A stretch of 63,594 nucleotides of DNA, counting the filler, from Chiloscyllium plagiosum (taxonomy: Eukaryota): NCBI RefSeq assembly GCF_004010195.1. It is 4 parts of one record of this genome, joined end to end, with 100 filler letters (N's around TTAATTAATTAA, not from the genome) between each part and the next. Parts side by side here need not be neighbours in the genome. Positions count along the whole stretch, not along the records: positions 16,404 to 46,339 come from NC_057711.1; 3 more parts are not named here. One strand, 5' to 3'. Shown one piece after another: positions 22,913 to 36,231 of this stretch. The position numbers and the translations under genes were made by a program. The notes under the pieces were generated by a model that had not been told where the DNA came from, made no database searches, and worked only from the letters and a program-made list of their open reading frames with translations. Each line of letters begins with the position of its first letter. Position 1 is the first letter of the stretch.

Positions 22913-24170
22913 TATTAATTTGTGGGATGTTGGTGAAACTGGCTCGGCCAGCATTTCTTGCCCGTCTGTAATTGCTTTGGAGAAGAGAGTGGTGAGCTAC
23001 CTTCATGCACCACTGCAGTTTGTGAGGATGTAGGTAGGTTATCTCGCACGGTTGTTAGGAAGCAATTTCAGAATTTTGACCCAGCATCAGTGAAGGAGTG
23101 ATCATATGGTTCAAGCCAGGATGGCCATGAGGGAGACTTGCAGGTGCTTCCATGCATCTGCTGTCCTTGCCCTCCTTTGCAGTGGAGGTTGTCAGTTTGG
23201 AAGGTGCTGTTGAAGGAGCCTTAGTAATTGTAGATAGTACAGATTACTGCCATTGTGATCTGTTTTGGAAAGATTGGATGTGGTGAAAACAAGTGCCAGA
23301 CGACTTTGAGTTTTTTTAGTGTTACAATTGATTCCCTACAGTGTGGAAACAGGCCCTTCGGCCCAACAAGTCCACACCGACCCTCCAAAGAGCAGACCCA
23401 TTTCCCTCTGACTAGTGCACCTAACACTATGGGCAATTTAACATGGCCAATTCACCTAACCTGCACATCTTTGGATTGTGGGAGGAAACCGGAGCACCCG
23501 GAGAAAACCCACGCAGACACTGGGAGAATGTGCAAACTCCACAGGCAGTTGCCTGAGGCTGGAATCCAACCTGGGACCCTGGCGCTGTGAGGCAGCAGTG
23601 CTAACCACTGAGCCACCATATCGCCCGTGTTGTTGGAGTTAGATCTGTCCTGATAATTTGGGGGAGGATTCCATCATGCTCATATCTGGAACTCTCTCAG
23701 TCAGGGCATTGTGGGTCAGACTACAGCACATGGACTAAAGTGGTTCAAGAAGGCAGCTGGGTACAGGTAATAAATGCCAGCCAGCGAGCAAAGCTACAAA
23801 CCACAAGTCAATTAAAAAATGTCTCATGACTTGTAGATGACCAACAAACTCTGGGGAGTCAGGAGGTGAGTTACGTAGTGCAGGATTTCAAGCTTCTAAC
23901 CTGTTTGTTGCCATAGTATTTACATGGTCTGGTTGAGTTTCTGGCTGGTGCTAAACCTCAGGATATTGATAATGGAGAATTCAGCAACGGTGATGTCATT
24001 AGATGTAAGAAGAGATGATTACATTGTCTTTTGTTGGAGATGATAGCCTGACACTTAGGTGGCAAGTAACATTTACACCACACGTCTTGAAATGTTGTAT
24101 GAAATTTTAAGCTGTGAATCCAGCTACAGTGAAGGTGTTGTCCTGTATGTTGAGCTGAATGGTATGACAC
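22913..24170 (-). mobile_element. CR1/L2-group LINE, interrupted by HE1 and by a plus-strand tail of the same family (~23700-23820)
   Basis: tgtgggatgt..ggccagcattt..gccc..taattgc..gagaag..gtggtgagctaccttc is the reverse complement of the tail at 21191-21646. Confidence 0.75.
23330..23626 (-). mobile_element. HE1-type V-SINE, full length
   Basis: Head, V-domain and HER1-like tail (gattccctacagtgtggaaacaggccc) are all present. Confidence 0.95.
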
Positions 24171-24569
24171 ATTGAGGTAGAAACATAAAATATTTCAGCA
24201 CTGCATTGGTCCATTTGATCCACGTTAGTACCCCTCCACCCCCCCCCCTCCACCCCCATCATTCATATGATTTTTTTACTCACAAATATTTGATCATTTT
24301 CCATTTAGCAATGCTGTTATAGATTGTAATTCTGTTTGTTATTCTTACAGTCTGAAATGCACTGTATGTTTTGATGTTAAAATTCAAAGGGGAATTGGGT
24401 GAACACTTTAATGAATGACAGAGCTATAGGGAAAAAGGACAAGAAGACTAAACCATCATCTTGGTGGATGTCTACTTTTCTGAAAAAAAACTACAAATTA
24501 AGGGGAAGCTTCAGTGAAGGTTCCTAAATGGAGCACTCTACTCCACTACACAGGAAATTGTACAAATTA

Positions 24570-24975
24570 GGCCTATTTTTATCTAGAATTTAGAAGGTTA
24601 AGGGATGATCTGATCAATGTCTTCAGTAAATTAATGGGAAAAGACATGGTGGATAAAGAAACTGTTCCCACTGTTTGGAGGATCTAGAACAACGGGGCAT
24701 TTTCTGAGAATTCAGGCCAGACCACTCAAGAGACATGTTAGGAAGCACTTTTACACGTAATGGGTAGGTGTTTGGACCTCTTTTCCACAAATGGCAAAGG
24801 ATGCTGAATTAGTTATGAATTTTCAAACTGAGATAGACAAATACTTGCGAAGCAAAGCTATTAAGAGAAATGGGCCAAAGTCTGGTATATGGGGTTCAGC
24901 TGCAGATCAACCATGATCTCATTGAATGGTGGACCAGGTTCAAGAGGCTGAGTGGCCTACGCCAGTTCCTGTTGT
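24570..24975 (+). mobile_element. CR1 3' end
   Basis: ctagaatttagaaggttaagggatgatctgat...ccatgatctcattgaatgg...aggctgagtggcctac. Confidence 0.8.
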
Positions 24976-27499
24976 GCTTTTAGTGCTAGCACAGACCCAT
25001 TTTACTGTCATCTGCACTGCCCTATATTTACACCTTTCTTTGTGCAACTGAGTGGAAATGTATAGCTGTCATTTAATGTTAACTTCTCACTACTTCAAGA
25101 GCTCAAAGCTATGCTTCTGACCTGCTTCAGACAAAGCAGTCTCAGTCGAAAATTCACATGCGTTTAAAATCTTGAGTTCCTTGTGGATATATGCTGCCCT
25201 CATTCCTGAAAACAAGCCTGCTCCTTTATCTGGGGCATTCTCATTCTACCCCCACCTCCCCCAAACAAAAGGTCAAGGCTTGAACCTAGCTTCCATGATT
25301 CAAGCTGATTGGTCCTGTGACATGTTCGGATCTTACTCTTAATAGTTTTGTTCTACCTGAGTGCGGATGTTTATTGAAAAACTGTGTCTAACTGTGATTG
25401 TTTTTATCGTTGACACTTGAGACCTTTAGTCTGTTTTTGTGTGCTGTTGTAATGAAAGCTGGTTAAATAATTGCAGTAAGAGACAGAGTGTACTTGAGAC
25501 TGAGGATTTTAATTAAACCCCTGCTATTCTGCAGCTGTATTCCAGTTCAGTGGCAGTCGCCACCCCCCCCCTCCCCCCGCTCCCTTTCCCCGAGTAGAGT
25601 AGGACAGATGTGTGCTTCTGTTGGGCAGATCAAAGTATTGGAAGTCTAATTTGACAATTTTGCCATGTAGAATTGAGAGGAAAATATATTAACACTGCTG
25701 GTGAGGAATGGGTGAGCATTACTTTGGTTTTGGTTTGGCCTGAACATTTGTCTGTATTTTTCTTGATTTGTTAACATTTAATTTCACATTTTTTTCATAA
25801 CTCCAAGTTTAATTGAAAACCAAGCCTGATTACTTGCACTTTTGTTGTGCATTCACACCTGCTGTTGAATCAGTTTTGCTTTGCACAGTGTAGCACCTGG
25901 GTCCCATCTAATACCTGGAGGCAACAGACTCATGATGCTCCTGAGGGAAATGCAGTTCTAGGCTTCACACTCAATTTACATTTCCAAGTTGAACGTCCAT
26001 GCTGTGGAGTTTTGGGAAGTATCAGCTGTGGCAAATACAAGACCCTATCTGAATAAGATTCTTCACACACTTTTGTGTAACCCTTTAAATACTGCACCTA
26101 CTACCATTGAGTTTTCTTTCTTTTTATAAAGCTGCTTACTCGTGTCTCTCAATTCTGTAGATAATGGCAGTTTTCCTTTGCTTCATCAAAAGGTCACTCA
26201 TGTCACTTTAAATATGATCTGTCAGCAGAATATTTTCCTGACACTCTTAAAACTGCTGACTTTCAGGTGGTGGATACTGATGTTTGAGGATGAGATTCCT
26301 TGTGTTCCAAACATCACTTGTTCTCTGAACAGACTGAAGTTGTTCTATGTGCAATACGTGTAATTAATATAAACAAGTACGGAAATTCCTGAACTGCATT
26401 TATTCATGGTTTTCTTGTTGTATTACAAGTCAGTTATTGAATGGCTGGCCTTTGGGAAGTCTGTTCAAAATCAGAGGTAAAAAGAACTACAGCCTGCTTG
26501 TTGAATCAACAAAAAAAAATTAAATGGAAGTCATCGACCTTTTGTTCACCCTTTCAACCGAATTGAGTTACTGCTGTGCAAACTGTGTGCAGGTGGGATA
26601 AGCTGAGGTGGCATTCAAAAACCAATATCAGAAAACCAATTCCAGTTCAGGAAGTGCATTAATAATGTAAAGGCAAGTTTGTTTATCAATTCTGAAATTG
26701 AATATTGACCGAATATTCCTAAATGAGACAGTTGGTAGTTATGGTGCTTGCTTTTGTTTCTTTTTGTCTTGGTTAATTACAAAGTACAAGTTTTCGAGAC
26801 ATGGTCTCACTTATTAAATAACAAGTTTCATCCCAAAATCTAGGCTTCACCTGCTTCTGATGGCGTCAGAGAGAATCTGTCCAATTACTAGTGCCTTTGT
26901 CATGTCTCGTTTGCTAATTCCACTGGAGGCTTTAGAACGGTGCTGCTAAATGGTTGATTTTTCTATCAGTGTTCTTGTACATTGATCAGATTTCATAATT
27001 AGATTTCCATTTGTGCTGATACCACGTCATCCACAATCGGTTCAAAATCTCTCCCTGTGACACCTGAAAACAAACTGCAAACTAAACTCACTGTCACTTT
27101 TAGCTTCAGAGCAAGCCCAAATGAATTCCATGGCACACCCATACACTGACGTTTTAGTATCACTGGGCCCCTATCACAATACAACATGAGTTTTTTTTCT
27201 TTATTATTTTTAATGTGTGGAATTGTTAAACCCCCTACACTCTTAAAGACAAGATTATAAAATCTCATTAAAATGTGTGTCGTTAAAAGCTGAATTCCAA
27301 ACCTCTCAGTACCAGATCCTCAAGCATCTGAATGAAATTGTAAAAATGGCTGACCATGTCTTCACCTTATCCCACAACATGTAACATATAAATCAAACTT
27401 AAAGATATGCATTGCTTTTAATTGCAATGCCTTTCCAAACTTCTGAACTGATCAGGGAATTCAAAATGTAGTTGCTTTTATAATTCTATAAACTGCTGT

Positions 27500-28570
27500 T
27501 TGCAATTTTATCCAACTATTTTCAGCTGCTTCATCAATCACCCTCCCTCCATCATAAGGTCAGAAGTGAGCATGTTTGCCAGTGACTGCACAGTATTCAG
27601 GATCTCTTGCAAGTTCTCAGATACTGAAACAGTCCATGTTCAAATGCACCAAGATTTGGAGATGAGTGAATTAAAACAAAGAATACAGGAGGGATGATCA
27701 GTGAATTTTCTGGTGATAGGAAAATTCATGGCTTAGTAAATAGTGAGAAGGATAGCCTTATGATAGATGGATGTAGCTAGGCTGATCAGTGTCAAATGGA
27801 AATCAATCTGGATAAGAGTGAGTGGATGCACTTGGCAGGACAAACAAAGCCAGGGAATATGTGATGAATGGTAAGACTCTCAGAAGCAGCGAGGAATAAA
27901 GGGACAATGGTCTCTTAAGGTAGCACTCAGTTGGATAAAGTAGTAAAGAAGGCACTTGGGATATTTGCTTTTTTTTAGCAGAGGCATAGCATTTAAATAC
28001 AGGGTGGTTATGCTACAACTGTATAAAACATTGTTGAGGACACAACTGGAGTATTGTTTGCAGGCTGGAATCTACGTTATTGGACCGATATAATTGCACT
28101 GGAGAGTGTGCAGAGGACGATGTTGTCTGAGCTGGAATGTTTTCGTGACGAAGATAGATTGGATACACTGGGGTTGTTTTCTCCCAAGTCAAGGGGATAT
28201 GATTAAGGCGCATAAAATAATGAGGGTCATAGACAGGGTCGACAGCAAGAAACGTTTACTTTATGTGGAGGGATAGATTTAAAGCCTAGATTTAAGATAC
28301 GGAGTAGGAGGCTGAGAGGGGATGAGAGGAAAGCGATTTATGCCCAAAGGTTGGTGGGAACTGGAACTCACTGCTGTAATGGTGGTTGAGGCAGAAGCCA
28401 TCCTAACATTTAAGAATTATTTAAATATACACGTGATACCAAGGCATAAAAGACTGCAGTCCAAGTGGTGGAAATTGGGATTTGGACAGTTGGGGGGTTG
28501 GTTTTAATTGGCACAGACTTGATGGGCTGAATGGTCTTTTCCTATTCAGTAAATCTCTCTGACTCTGTTT
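27500..28570 (+). mobile_element. CR1-group LINE RT fragments
   Basis: PTIFSCFINHPPSIIRSEVSMFASDCT (MFADDCT-like), then a second CR1 with ctacaactgtataaaacattg..ctggagtattgt and a 3' UTR. Confidence 0.8.
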
Positions 28571-29249
28571 TAAATACTGTAGAGTAAGTGGCCAAACATC
28601 AAGTGTATAAATGTATAGTTCCATAACCCAGTCAAAAGTATTGTGTAGAGTACCGCAGTTTCACAAAAGGATAAATTCATTGTTTTATCCCAGTGAATAC
28701 TTGTATTTTGTTTTTGTGGTTTTAAATTGAAAACTTGTGTTTCCTATACAAAACAAGATTTTCCTGAAAGCAAAGTTTTTTTGGTAGGTGCTTGGGGAGC
28801 TGGGGGTGGGGAGATGGTTGTGCAATTGAGAGAGAAAATCATCAGTATCCATGTGTTTAATGTCCATACTCATGAAGGAATTCCAATTGAACAACAAAAT
28901 GCTGAGCCTGTTGCCAATAAGCTGAGATTTGAATTGAGCTAATCATTATCTTCAGCAAATATTTTAAATTTGGTGTTACTACAACATTGCTATTATTATT
29001 TAACAGGCTATGGCTTGTTTTGTATTCCGACCTATCTTAAAATCGTGAAACAGAATTTTAACTCTGTGACTGTTGCTTAAAATTAAATTGTGATTGGTGT
29101 CTGAAAGTAACAATGTTTAATAACCCCAGCTAAGGTGTAAACTCAGACAATATATTCTTTGCAACTCCAATTCGAGCTAAAGCAAAATGCTGAAAATACT
29201 TTAGACTAAGCAGTAACTAAGGAGAGAGAGCAGAGAGAAAATTAATGTT

Positions 29250-30000
29250 TCATAAGCAGATAAGAAAAAGGAGCAGGAGTAACTCCATGCAGTGCCTCCA
29301 GGCTTCCCTGCCATTTGGTATTTTCATGGCTAATTTTCTGCCCAGTTTGTCACCAGCTCTCAATATCTCTCAATGCCCTGAGAGACCAAAATGTGAACTA
29401 TCTCAACCTTGAATACAATCTACAATGGAGCATTCACAACTCTCTAGGGTAGAAAATTCCCAAGATTTATAAACCTCTTTGTTGAATACTTCAGTGAGAT
29501 CATTTTAAATTTTTTTTCTAAAACTGTAGAGTGTAAGCAACTAATTAATTCAAATCTCATCATCGGATAGCATTCTCACTGTCGAGTCCTAGCCAGTGAA
29601 TCTTTGCTGCACGGTTTCCAAATCAACCCTTCCCTGGCGATAGAAAACAAAACTTTGCACAATACCCCAGGTGTGGTCAACACCAAAACCCTAATCAGTT
29701 GTAGGGAGGCTTGTTTATTCTTGTATTCCAGTTCTTTTGTAAGAAAGATGAATGTTCCAATCACCATCTTCATTATAATTGCTAACTTTGTTATTTCCAT
29801 AAATGTCTCGGAACATCATTTCCAAGTTTCATATACTCTGCTCCTTTATTCTTAATACTAAAGTGAATTACCTCATTTGCCTCTACATAATACCCTATCT
29901 GCTACGTTGTTTCCCGCTCATCTAACTCATTTATATCTATTTGCAACCTCTTTGTGACGACCTCAGAGTTCACATTTCATTCTATATTGTCAAGCTGACT
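29250..30000 (-). mobile_element. Degraded CR1 LINE
   Basis: Reverse strand reads LEYKNKQASLQLIRVLV..PGVLCKV; CR1 3' UTR aggagcaggagta..ccat near 29270. Confidence 0.7.
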
Positions 30001-30621
30001 GATTATAAATCTTAATTACATACAGATACATTGAAATTTTGAGTTTTTTTTTCGAATGAAGGCAGTAAGCCAATGCTGTAACTTCTAAATATAGTATTCA
30101 CAGGCTGCTGAATGATTCCCTGTGTGAACCTCTGGAATGTCACACCTTGTAGAGTGCCAAGAAGTCTTTAAAATAGAGATTTACTTAAAAGGGCAGAAGT
30201 TTGTTGCAATCTAATTACATTCTCTCCGCAAGAAAACAAATTTTACAGGTTGTATTCCAGACAGGAGACAAGCGAAAAGACGTGTTTTTAGTTTACTTTT
30301 TTGGGGATATATTGAACTTAAAAAAGCAACTACAACACCTGAGCTATGTAGGTCAGTGCCTAATATACTGGTATGGACAAGTGTGCTGTGAAGCTGGCAG
30401 CTTGAGGACAACCCTTAAACCCAATGCTTTGAAGTTAAAAAGAAAAGATGCATTTTTGTTCTGAGTTGCCAGTCACCATTGAAAGGAAATAGCACCAAAG
30501 AAGTGAAGCTGATGTGAACAGCCATGAAACTCAAAGTTAAGCATCCACCTACCAACAATACTATTGGTATTCCCCAAAATAACAGCTGCAAAGTTCCACT
30601 GTCTACACCTCTTGAGGAATG

Positions 30622-30804
30622 ATTAGAGTGTTGCTGGAAAAGCATAGCAGGTCAGGCAATGTCCGAGGAGCAGGAAAATCGACGTTTTGGGCAGGAGCCC
30701 TTCATCAAGAATTTGATTTTCCTGCTCTTCGGATGCTGCCTGACTTGCTGTGCTTTTCCTCTAATCTTGACTCTGATCTCCAGCATCTGCAGTCCTCACT
30801 TTTT
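30622..30804. mobile_element. Penelope-derived fold-back mini-insertion with a 16-bp TSD
   Basis: CACCTCTTGAGGAATG (30606-30621) and CACCTCTTGAGTAATG (30805-30820); inverted arms ggaaaagcatagcaggtcaggca... / ...tgcctgacttgctgtgcttttcc. Confidence 0.88.
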
Positions 30805-32068
30805 CACCTCTTGAGTAATGCAGAGAATGATGTGTACATCTTCTGAGTTGTATCTTTTTTGAAATCACTTCTCATTTCTAATCTCCGTGTATGTGCATCA
30901 CAGTATTCCTACTTCTCACACTTAGTGACTGATAAAGATACCTTGTCTTTAACACAAAAAGCCTGGTTAAATTGAGTCCTTTTGAAGTGTAAGTTGGTCT
31001 GGGAGAAAGGTACCTTAAGGAAAGGGATCATTTTTAGTGACCATTATTCAAACCAGCTGAGGAGATGAGTGAATAAAAAATGAGATGCTAACTTAAAACT
31101 CCTCACCTTGGAGCATAGCAGTTGTGCCTGGAATTCAAATCCATGAGGAGCCTGTGTTTTGTGTGGCACCTTCCTTAAATGCCTTTTGGAACTCCAATTA
31201 TACCACATCTGTTGGTTCCCTTTTATCTATCTTGCTAGTTAAATCTTGAAAAATCTTCAACAAATTTCTCAAATAAGTTTTGTTTTCTCTTTGTAAAACT
31301 TTTGTCTTTGACTTTGATCATATCTTGATTTTTCTCAAATTCATTGATAAGATTTAATGAGTTACAGCAATTTTCCAGTTACTGATGTCAAGCTAACCGG
31401 TAACTATATTTCAATTTTCTCTTTCCATCCTTTCATGATAAGCAGTGTTACATTTGAGAAGGTTCATACCGTTCTATAGTGCCTTGGAATTTGGAGAGCT
31501 TATTAAGCATTGCATGTTACAATCTAGTAATAGCAAGCCCAACAAAATCAGCCTTATGACTGGATTCACAATACAGTGAAATTACCAGACTTGATGAATA
31601 ATAGGTTTTTATTAATATGTATATAACTTCAACAAAAATTAACAGTTACTAATAATGTAACTTAGGGAGAACACAAATAAACATCAAGGTAATTAACTAA
31701 TATCTGCAATCTAAAGCCCAATTTTCTTTTAGCATAATGCCCACTTTCTCAGATAGAAACACAGACAAATTTAAGAGATTTTTTTAAGTAGTAAAAGAAT
31801 TGTAACTTGCTGGTTCAATTAATTGTTTCAAATGATATATGCCTTTATAAAATTCTTGGACAATGGTTTGTTCACAGGCAAGGTCACAGCCAAATTGTGC
31901 TTGAATTCTGAAGTCACCAGTCAATGCAAACAGCTTTGGTAGGCCTCCTTCAATATTCATTTATTTCTTACAGATTATTTTAGGATTGTTACAGAATATT
32001 TTCTCAGAATAATTCGAAAACCCGATAGAAATTTAGAGAGCAAAACACAGCAGCAGTCTCCAGAACTC

Positions 32069-32384
32069 CACAGGGTGGCTCAGTGGTTAGCACTGCTGCC
32101 TCACAGCACCAGGGTCCCAGGTTCGATTCCAGCCTCAGGCAACTATCTGTGTGGAGTTTGCACATTCTCCCCGTGAATGCGTGAGTTTCTTCTGGGTGCT
32201 CTAGTTTCCTCCCACAGTCCAAAGATGTGCAAGTCGGGTGAATTGGCCATGCTAAATTGCCCATAGTGTTGGTGCATTAGTCGGAGGGGAAATGGGTCTG
32301 GGTGGGTTACTCTTCGGAGAGTTGTTGTGGACTGGTTGGGCCAAAGGGCCTGTTTCTACACTGTAGGGAATCTAATCTAATCTA
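32069..32384 (+). mobile_element. HE1-type V-SINE
   Basis: A-box gtggctcagtggttagc, B-box ggttcgattcc, V-domain and (aatct)n tail. Confidence 0.95.
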
Positions 32385-33889
32385 TGTAAGCTTTCAAAAT
32401 AAAATTACACTCCTGGCAAAATCCAATCAGAACAATTTTTGTTGCTTTCCAATCAAGATTTTCTGTGGTTGACTAGTTAGCTCTGGTCCTCCCTTGATTG
32501 ATCAATTCAGCATCTAATCAACTGCTAGTCTGGAGCATAGCAACTTGCCAGTTTTTCAACAGTGTCTTCAGAACAGTAATTACATTGCACTATCTGCAAG
32601 ACATGTTCCCAATAGCAAACATTTGGCTTTGTTTTCATCTCCTTTAAAACAAGTTGATGTTCAAAGTTCAACTCCACCTCAACTCAAAGTTCTGAACTGA
32701 AACAAATTAGGAAAACAAAAATAGTGAGAACTTCTACAGTGATTCGGTTAACTCCTTTAGAATCCAAACAGGTAGGAATATGGTGAACTCCTGGGTTTCC
32801 CCTTATTTCTGGTAGGCAATATTTTTTTTAATCGTGAATATGGGCACAAAAACTTAAGTAGGCATTCAATGGAGGATATTGCTGTTTTGATTCAGTGGTG
32901 TTACATTTGTGCAACTCCTCGATGCTTTGTTCTGCCTGTATGATGAACTTGAAGACTTCTTTCTCTTAAGAGCTTAAAACTGATTATCTGTGCTCAATAT
33001 ACAGCCAGTCCTCTTCTCACTACTCTTGAGCTGGTCTACATCTGTCGGTGGTGGTGAGCTACCTTCTTGAATCGCAGAAGTCTATTTTCTGTAAGAATAC
33101 CCACAATGCTCTTAGGGAGTGAATGCCAGAATTTTGACCCAGCGCTGGTAAAAGAACAGCGATATATACTTGGTTGAAAGTACCAGTTAGTTTTTACCTG
33201 AAAATTTACTATTTTTATTGTATTCCAATAATTTATGATAATTGACATGGAGCAGGCACCAATATCAGCTGTGTGAAGGGAGCGTGACTAACAGAAACAG
33301 TTAAATTGAAGAATCTTAGTTGGTGAGTGTTGCTATGACGTTGACTGAAGGAATGAGCTGATAATCAAACCCCATCATGACTCCAGTTTGCATTATTAAT
33401 GTATATATGCTGATTCACTTACCATAAAGGTCAATCGCTGTCCTTCAGTTCTGTTATCCAGAATAAAAGATGTATTCACCAGTTGTCTTCAGTTAACTCC
33501 AAATAACCTGTGTGTATTATGAACAAACTTTTTTGTAATGCAAGTGGTGAACACTAGTTAACACCTAGATTATGATCTGGAGTTAAAACCATATCCCCTT
33601 AATCTCTCACATAGATGTGGGAGCACAGCCCCAAAAAACAGAACTTTGCAGAGTTTCTTTAGTTTAAAAAATGCAAAAGGGGAAAGAAAAAGTCAACACC
33701 ATTGATGTAAAGATCAGGAGCTGAAGGGTAATCTGTAAATTTTATTTTGTTGATTGAAGCTGGAGTACAGCCACTTGATAAATGTCCAACTCTGTTTCTG
33801 GCCAACTTGGTTTAAGTTATTGGAGATTTGTCATTATCCACTCCTTCAGGTTTTACAAGATGGGCACAAATGCTGGTATTTGGAAACTT

Positions 33890-35385
33890 TTAGGTTCCCA
33901 GGAATTTAGAAAATAGGATTTCAGGGGAGAGACTGCAGCTGCTAGGGTGACTCCTTGGTGTATAAAGTAAATAATAGATGCATTGATGGTCATTTTCCAA
34001 GAAACGTGAGATTCTGGTAAGTTGCTACAGATTGAAGGGTAGCACATGTAACCCCACTATTTTAAAAGGCAACTGGAGAGAAAACTGAGAACGATATACC
34101 AGTGAGTTTGACAGCACTTGGAGAAGATGTTAGAGTCTATTATCAAGGACTTTATGGCAGAGCACTTACTAAACAGTGGTAGAATCAGACACAGTCAGCA
34201 TGGATTTACAAAAGGCCAATCAGGCTTGACAAATCTGCTTGAATTCTTTAGGGATGCGACTAGTAGATTTGATCAGGGAAGCTAAAGGATCTGACTTACT
34301 TGGACTCTCAAAAGGCTTTCAACCAGATCCCCCAAAAGAGATTAATATGTAACATGAAAGTGCATATGATTGGGGATAGTGTATTGAATAGATAGAAAAT
34401 TGATTTGCAGACACAAAACAGAGTAGGAATTCATGTCCTTTTCTGCATTAGTATTAGGATCCCAGCTATTCACAATATATGTTAATGAAAAAGATGAGGG
34501 AACTGATCGTAAACTCTGAAAATTTGCAGATGACGTAAAGCTGGGTGGAAGGATGAGCTAAGAGGGGGCTGCAGTGAATTTGGACAGGCTGAGTGAGAGG
34601 GCAAATGGATGGCAGAAGCAGTGTAAAGCGGATAAATATGAGGTTATTTCATTTTGGTAGCAAAAATAGTAAAACATTATTATTTGAATGGCGATAAATG
34701 AGCCAATTTATTAAGATCTGGGTGTCCTTGGGCACCAGTCACCAGGCACCAGTAAGCACACAGGTGCAGCAGGCAGTAAAGATTATATATTGGCCTTCAT
34801 AGTGAGAGGATTCAAGTACAGGAACAGAACGTCTTGATGCACTTGTACAGAGCATTGGTGAGGTCACATTTGGAATATTGTGTACAGTTTTGGTCTCCTC
34901 ATCTAATGAAGGATGCTTTTTGCTATAGAGGGAGTATAGCAAAGGTTTACCAAGTTGATTCCTGGGATGGCAGGACTGATGTATGAAGAAAGATTGAGTC
35001 AGTTAAGATTGTATTCATTGGAATTTAAGAAGAACAATGGTGCTTCTAGAAACCTATAAAATTCGATCAGGACTAGATGGGTTAGATGTAGGAAGGATGT
35101 TCTCAGTGCTGAAGGATTCCAGGGATCAGAGTTTAAGGGTAATTTTAGAACTGAGATAATAAGAAACTTCTTCAGCCAGACAGCAGTAAGCCTGTGAAAT
35201 TACCTACCACAAAGTGGTTGAGGCCACAAGATTGTGTTTTTAAGGAGGTAGACATAACTCTTGTTGCTGAAAGGATCAACTGATTTAGGTGAAGGGTGGG
35301 ATGAAGGTTTTGAGCTCCGTGATCAGCCATGATCACAATGAATGGTGGAGCAGACCTGAGGAGTCAAATAGCCTACTCTTCTATG
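33890..35385 (+). mobile_element. CR1 LINE ORF2 (RT) to 3' end, degraded
   Basis: cagcatggatttacaaaagg (QHGF), aaatttgcagatgac (KFADD), ttggaatattgtgtacagttttggtctcc (LEYCVQFWSP) and a 3' UTR gatcagccatgatc. Confidence 0.9.
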
Positions 35386-35954
35386 TTGCTCGGTAACCAT
35401 TGATATCAACATCCCCTGCTCCCCTCGAAGCTAGGTTTTCCCAGTAAAAGAAAAGCAGTAAACTTTATCTTTTATCTCATTGAAAGCTTTGTTTAACGAT
35501 TTCTTCAAATCATTGATTTTCCAATAAAATGCAGGATGCTTACAGCACACATTAAACTGTTGGGTTCTGTTCTCACAAAATCACACAAGGAAATCTTTTT
35601 TATTCCATAGAATGTGCAAAATAATTTATTTCCAGATAATCCTTAAATATCAAAACGTATATCCAACAATATACTGTGTTTATATTAGCTCCTTCACATT
35701 TGGTAGATTGCACTAAGAATTAGTGTGAAATATGCTAATAATGCCAAGATAAATACATGCAAAAATTCTTGTTCACATTCGTTCAGATATTAAACACTCC
35801 CATGAATTGAATGTACTGGATTCATGATTGGAATAAGGTCAGTGAGGCCTCAGAATTCTTGATTGAGAGAGAATGAAAGATAAGCAAAAAGAATGTTTTT
35901 CTTGCAGGTTCAGGCTAGAGGCCATCAGGTAAGCAGGTTTTCTCTTTATTGATT

Positions 35955-36231
35955 AGAATGGTGCTGGAAAAGCACAGCAGGTCAGGCAGCATCCGAAGAG
36001 CAGGAAAATCGATGTTTCAGCCAAAAGCCCTTTATCAGGACTGAAGGCAGGGAGCCTCCAGGGTGGAGAGATAAATGGGAGTGGGGTAGGGCTGGGGAGA
36101 AGGTAGCTGAGAGTGCAGTAGGTGGATGGGGATGAAGGTGATAGGTCAGAGAGGGGGGTGGGAGAAGATAGCAAAGAGGACAATAGTGGATGGGGGTGGG
36201 GATGAAGGTGATAGGTCAGAGAGGAGGGTGG
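35955..36231 (-). mobile_element. Penelope-like 3' terminal region
   Basis: gtgctggaaaagcacagcaggtcaggcagcatcc...; hammerhead boxes are mutated and the element runs into a gap. Confidence 0.85.

Noticed and set aside
23255..23590. Recurrent peptide MGNLAWPIHLTCTSLDCGRKPEHPEETH (also at 16455, 32004, 39682, 60433) suggesting a gene family
   Set aside because: It is the antisense translation of the HE1 SINE, not a protein.
25561..25591. G-quadruplex-capable C/G runs (also at 12862-12893, 17379-17420 and 24231-24258)
   Set aside because: These are low-complexity runs with no promoter or CpG-island context.
32069..32135. tRNA-like sequences with A and B boxes
   Set aside because: These are SINE heads continuing into V or Deu domains, with no complete cloverleaf.
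31515..32905. Possible minus-strand solo LTR starting TGTTACA and containing TTTATT
   Set aside because: I could not find a matching end with a target-site duplication, so it is left uncalled.
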